A DNA stretch of 59,242 bases from Gemmatimonadales bacterium (GTDB taxonomy: Bacteria > Gemmatimonadota > Gemmatimonadetes > Gemmatimonadales > GWC2-71-9): NCBI GenBank assembly GCA_036265635.1, contig DATAOR010000330.1, forward strand, positions 1-59,242. Reading direction: 5' to 3'. A program made the position numbers and the translations under genes. Below are positions 56,262 to 59,242 of the stretch, piece by piece (the first letter of the stretch is position 1; each line of letters opens with the position of its first letter). The notes beneath the pieces were generated by a model. The model did not search any database. It saw nothing but the letters and a program-made list of their open reading frames with translations, and had not been told where the DNA came from.

Positions 56262-56617
56262 CGTGAGGATTCCTCAATGAGGGGTGGTGACCGCGCCCGG
56301 GTGGCGCGGCAGAGGAAAGTGTACTTTCGGGGCGCGCCGAGCGCAATACCTCCTGTGAGTCAAATCGTGCCGAAACTGCACTACTCGGCTTACAGAATGC
56401 CTATTTCAGGCGTAATTGCGGCATGGGTGTACGGCTATTTCTGCCATACTTGCTCGATCCATGCGCCTGGTTGTGAACGGCGGGAAGCGCCGGGCAACTC
56501 GCCCCCCGGGTAGGAGTTAGCCGGTACGGCGTGTCCGGCCGACCCGGCCGGCACCGTGAACGGCCGCAGCTCGGCCCCCACATGCCAGCGCGGCGCCGGG
56601 CCGAGGCGTTGCCCCGG

Positions 56618-57541
56618 TCAGGTCCGGAGCCGCAGCGCCGTGCCCCAGGGATCCCGCACCGCCGACCCCCCGCCCTCCCCCATGGCCGGCGCCACCTCGG
56701 CGCCGCTCGCGGCCAGGCTGGCCAGAGCCTGATCGACGTCCGCCCCGGACGGCAGCACCAGCTCCCATTCCAACAGCCGGGCATCCTCGGGCCCGGCCGG
56801 GGCGGCGCCCGCGGCCCAGGTATTGGTGCCGAGGTGATGGTGGTACCCGCCGGCCGACAGGAACAGCGCGCCCGGGTAACTCCAGACGACCTTGTCGAGC
56901 CCGAGTCCGGCATGATAGAACGCCTCGGCCCGCGCCAGGTCGCCGACGAACAGGTGGACGTGACCGATCACGGTGCCCTCCGGCAGGGCGCGCCAGTCGC
57001 CGGTCCCGCCCGCCGACAGCAGCCCGGGGACGTCGAGCGGCTCGGTCGCCATGACCAGCTGCCGGTCGGCCGTCCGCCAGTCGGCCCGCGGCCGGTCGGC
57101 GTAGACCTCGATGCCGAGTCCGTCGGGATCGGACAGGTAGATGGCCTCGCTGACCAGATGGTCGGACATGCCGGCGCGCTCGCCGATCGCCGACAGGTGC
57201 CGAACGAAGCGCGCCAGCGATCCCCGGTCCGGCAGCAGGATGGCGAAGTGATACAAGCCGAGGCGCCCGCGCCGCGGGACGGGGTGGGCGCCGGTCCGCT
57301 CGTGCAGCTCCAGCAGTACCCCGCCCGTCTCGGCACCGAGCGAGGCCCGGCCGGGGGCCCGATCGATCACCCGGACGCCGAGGACACGCTGGTACCACGC
57401 CAGCGAGCGGTCGAGATCGGCCACCTGCAGCCGCACCGTGCCCAGCCGGATTCCGGCCGGCAGCCGGTATCCCGGCGGAGCGATGCCATAGCTCATGGGC
57501 GCCGGGCCCTGTGGCCCGGTCGTGCCAGCCGATGCGGTCAT
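56618..57541 (-). CDS. VOC (glyoxalase/extradiol dioxygenase) family protein with two domains.
   Basis: The start MTASAGTT is preceded by AGGAGGAA. Two VOC repeats are present (VRLQVADLDRSLAWY ... HFAI, and HVHLFVGDLARAEAFY ... GYHHHLGTN). Confidence 0.8.
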   Translation of the reverse strand: MTASAGTTGPQGPAPMSYGIAPPGYRLPAGIRLGTVRLQVADLDRSLAWYQRVLGVRVIDRAPGRASLGAETGGVLLELHERTGAHPVPRRGRLGLYHFAILLPDRGSLARFVRHLSAIGERAGMSDHLVSEAIYLSDPDGLGIEVYADRPRADWRTADRQLVMATEPLDVPGLLSAGGTGDWRALPEGTVIGHVHLFVGDLARAEAFYHAGLGLDKVVWSYPGALFLSAGGYHHHLGTNTWAAGAAPAGPEDARLLEWELVLPSGADVDQALASLAASGAEVAPAMGEGGGSAVRDPWGTALRLRT

Positions 57542-57570
57542 GTCGTTCCTCCTGAGGTTGGCGCTGCCTT

Positions 57571-57611
57571 GAAACAGACAACGGGATGCCGGCGAGTGCC
57601 GACACCCCGTT
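57571..57611 (-). terminator. Putative intrinsic terminator after nrdJ.
   Basis: The minus strand reads AACGGGGUGUCGGCACUCGCCGGCAUCCCGUU. It has an outer 6-bp stem and an inner 4-bp stem. It is followed by GUCUGUUUC. Confidence 0.5.
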
Positions 57612-57656
57612 GCGCGCACCAGGCGAGCCGATCCCGCTATCTGCGGATGACCACGA

Positions 57657-59242
57657 TCACCCGCACTCGCTGAATCCGCACACGTGGCACTTCATGCACC
57701 CTTCGGCGAACTCGAGCTGCGAGCCGCAGTCGGGACACGCCCCCGACAAGGTCTCCTGCATCCCGCCCAGCATGATCTGCTCGCCGCCGCCGGTGCTGAA
57801 GGCGACCCGCTGGGCCACCACCGGCGCATCGTCAGCGCCGGCCACGGCGGCCGGACCGCCGGGCAGCAGCTCCTGCTGAATGCCCTGCTTCTCCTGCATC
57901 CAGCGCTCGATCGCGATCCCGACCGCGTCGGGCACCGACAGGATCTTGTTGGGTCCCAGGCCGATCACCCGGTCGGAGCTGATGCCGCGCAGCTGGCGGT
58001 AGATCTCCTTCATGGGGATGCCCGATCGCAGCGCCAGGCTGATCAGCCGCCCGAGCGCCTCGACATCGGCCATCAGCGCGCCGCCGGCCTTGCCCAGACT
58101 CATGAACACTTCGAACGGCTGGCCCCGGTCGTCTTCGGTGATGGTGACGTAGAGGGTGCCCAGCGGCGTCTCCAGCCGGCGGGTCGCGCCGCGGAGCAGC
58201 TCGGGCCGCGACCGCTTCTGCCGGCGCTGGAGGTTCTCGGCCTCGAGCTCGTGCACCAGCCGGCGGAGGCGCTCGTTGTCGGCCTCGAGCTCGGCCAGCT
58301 GGCCCTTGAGCTCGGGCACGGCCGCGAGCGATGCCCGGTCGCCCGAGGCGGTGGCGGCGGCGGCCAGCTGGGCCAGGTCGGCCCGGGCCTCGGCCTTTCC
58401 CGTCGAGGTGGCCTGCTCCTGGACCTTCCTGGCCGTCGTGCCGGTGCTGAGCACCTGCATGTCCCGGCTGCCGTCGCGGTAGACGGTGACGCCCTTGCAG
58501 TTGAGCCGGTAGGCCAGCCGGTAGATCTCCTCGACGTACTCCTCGCTGGCGTCCTGGGCGAAGTTGCAGGTCTTGGAGATGGCGCTGTCGTTGAACTCCT
58601 GGAACGCCGCCTGCATCCGGATGTGCCACTCCGGCTTGATGTGGTTGGCGGTAACGAAGACCCGCTGCCACTTCTCGGGCACTTCGGGGAAGGCGATGTG
58701 TCCCGCCTCGGCGATCCGCCGCATGAGGTCCTCGCTGTACCAGCCTTCGCGCTTGGCGATGGCCACGAAGTCCTCGTTGACGTCCGGCATCAGCACGCCG
58801 GCCTGGTTCCGCATGAAAGCGACGGCGAACAGCGGCTCGATCCCGGAGCTGCAGCCGGCGATGATCGAGATCGTCCCGGTGGGCGCCACCGTGGTGACGT
58901 TGCAGTTCCGCAGCCGGCGGGTCGGCCGGACCCGCTCCCCCTGAGGCCCCCGGGCCGCCGTCTGGTCGGGGCCCCAGATGCTCCGCTCCCACTCGGGGAA
59001 GACGCCCCGCTCGCGCGCCAGCCGCTCGCTCTCGACCTTGGCCTCCTCGTCCACGAACTGCTGGATCCGGCGGCCCAGTGCCACCCCTTCGTCGGAGTCG
59101 TACGCCACGCCCAGCTTGACGAACAGGTCGGCCAGCCCCATCACGCCCAGCCCGATCCGGCGGATCCGCTGGGCCAGCTCCGTGATTTCCGTCAGCGGGT
59201 ACTGGTTGGCGTCGATCACGTTCTCGAGGAAGTGAGTCGACA
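57657..59242 (-). CDS. nrdJ: Adenosylcobalamin-dependent (class II) ribonucleotide reductase. Only the C-terminal part is present because the 5' end lies beyond the right edge.
   Basis: The sequence contains NCNVTTVAPTGTISIIAGCSSGIEP, ISKTCNF and KGVTVYRDGSR. The C-terminal zinc ribbon reads CPDCGSQLEFAEGCMKCHVCGFSEC. The frame stays open to the window end. Confidence 0.85.
   Translation of the reverse strand, partial: STHFLENVIDANQYPLTEITELAQRIRRIGLGVMGLADLFVKLGVAYDSDEGVALGRRIQQFVDEEAKVESERLARERGVFPEWERSIWGPDQTAARGPQGERVRPTRRLRNCNVTTVAPTGTISIIAGCSSGIEPLFAVAFMRNQAGVLMPDVNEDFVAIAKREGWYSEDLMRRIAEAGHIAFPEVPEKWQRVFVTANHIKPEWHIRMQAAFQEFNDSAISKTCNFAQDASEEYVEEIYRLAYRLNCKGVTVYRDGSRDMQVLSTGTTARKVQEQATSTGKAEARADLAQLAAAATASGDRASLAAVPELKGQLAELEADNERLRRLVHELEAENLQRRQKRSRPELLRGATRRLETPLGTLYVTITEDDRGQPFEVFMSLGKAGGALMADVEALGRLISLALRSGIPMKEIYRQLRGISSDRVIGLGPNKILSVPDAVGIAIERWMQEKQGIQQELLPGGPAAVAGADDAPVVAQRVAFSTGGGEQIMLGGMQETLSGACPDCGSQLEFAEGCMKCHVCGFSECG

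Noticed and set aside
56397-56513. A 38-codon Cys/aromatic-rich small ORF (MPISGVIAAWVYGYFCHTCSIHAPGCERREAPGNSPPG) in the amtB upstream region, considered as a possible RiPP-like or small membrane peptide.
   Set aside because: It has no SD or promoter-like element in front. It is simply the tail of a long shadow ORF (55038..56513). No modification or transport genes are adjacent. The evidence is insufficient.

Overview
This is a 59.2-kb window from a very GC-rich bacterial chromosome, roughly 70% GC by eye. The organism is probably diderm, because the window encodes a TolC-type outer-membrane factor, lipoproteins and periplasmic redox proteins. I cannot assign a taxon from the sequence alone. 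Coding density is very high. I support about 55 CDS, one ncRNA (a 4.5S/SRP RNA upstream of dnaX) and one decayed gene relic. I found no rRNA, tRNA, CRISPR array, transposase, integrase or phage module. Many of the long ORFs in the track are GC-driven shadow frames that lie opposite or out of frame to recognisable genes.

Gene content, left to right:
- A translationally coupled minus-strand operon: LarE-like PP-loop ATPase, ThpR, a membrane protein, a sigma54 response regulator and a repeat-tailed membrane protein.
- arfB and yifB/comM.
- An HExxH lipoprotein convergent with a 513-aa polytopic membrane protein.
- A relic of a hybrid histidine kinase.
- An S41 peptidase.
- A 1311-aa NtrY-like sensor kinase.
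- A creatininase-family gene.
- A TolC / MacA / ABC ATPase module followed by four FtsX-type permeases.
- bshB1, a cysteine desulfurase, mnmA and a small holin-family membrane protein.
- ppk.
- About 21 kb of uninterrupted minus-strand genes: dnaJ, grpE, cinA, pgsA, mglA, mglB, recR, ybaB, dnaX, ffs, yihY, a ytxH-like gene, fba, pgi, an MBL hydrolase, pyk, an amidohydrolase, a secreted unknown, bcp, tlpA, ccdA and ispG.
- fabH, an aldo-keto reductase, a SHOCT-like small protein and a DinB-family gene.
- glnK-amtB, a VOC dioxygenase-like gene and the 3' part of nrdJ.

I do not see a canonical defence or mobile island. The best candidates for undescribed biology are:
- the kinase-less sigma54 regulator operon (190-4343);
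- the one-ATPase, four-permease ABAB efflux module;
- the ispG-ccdA-tlpA-bcp-unknown extracytoplasmic redox operon;
- a recurrent leaderless-type promoter geometry;
- a CTG-initiated yihY;
- an SRP RNA with a non-GNRA apical loop;
- two atypically AT-rich non-coding islands (47211-47526 and 56262-56617).

All family calls rest on motif recognition by eye and none was checked against a database.
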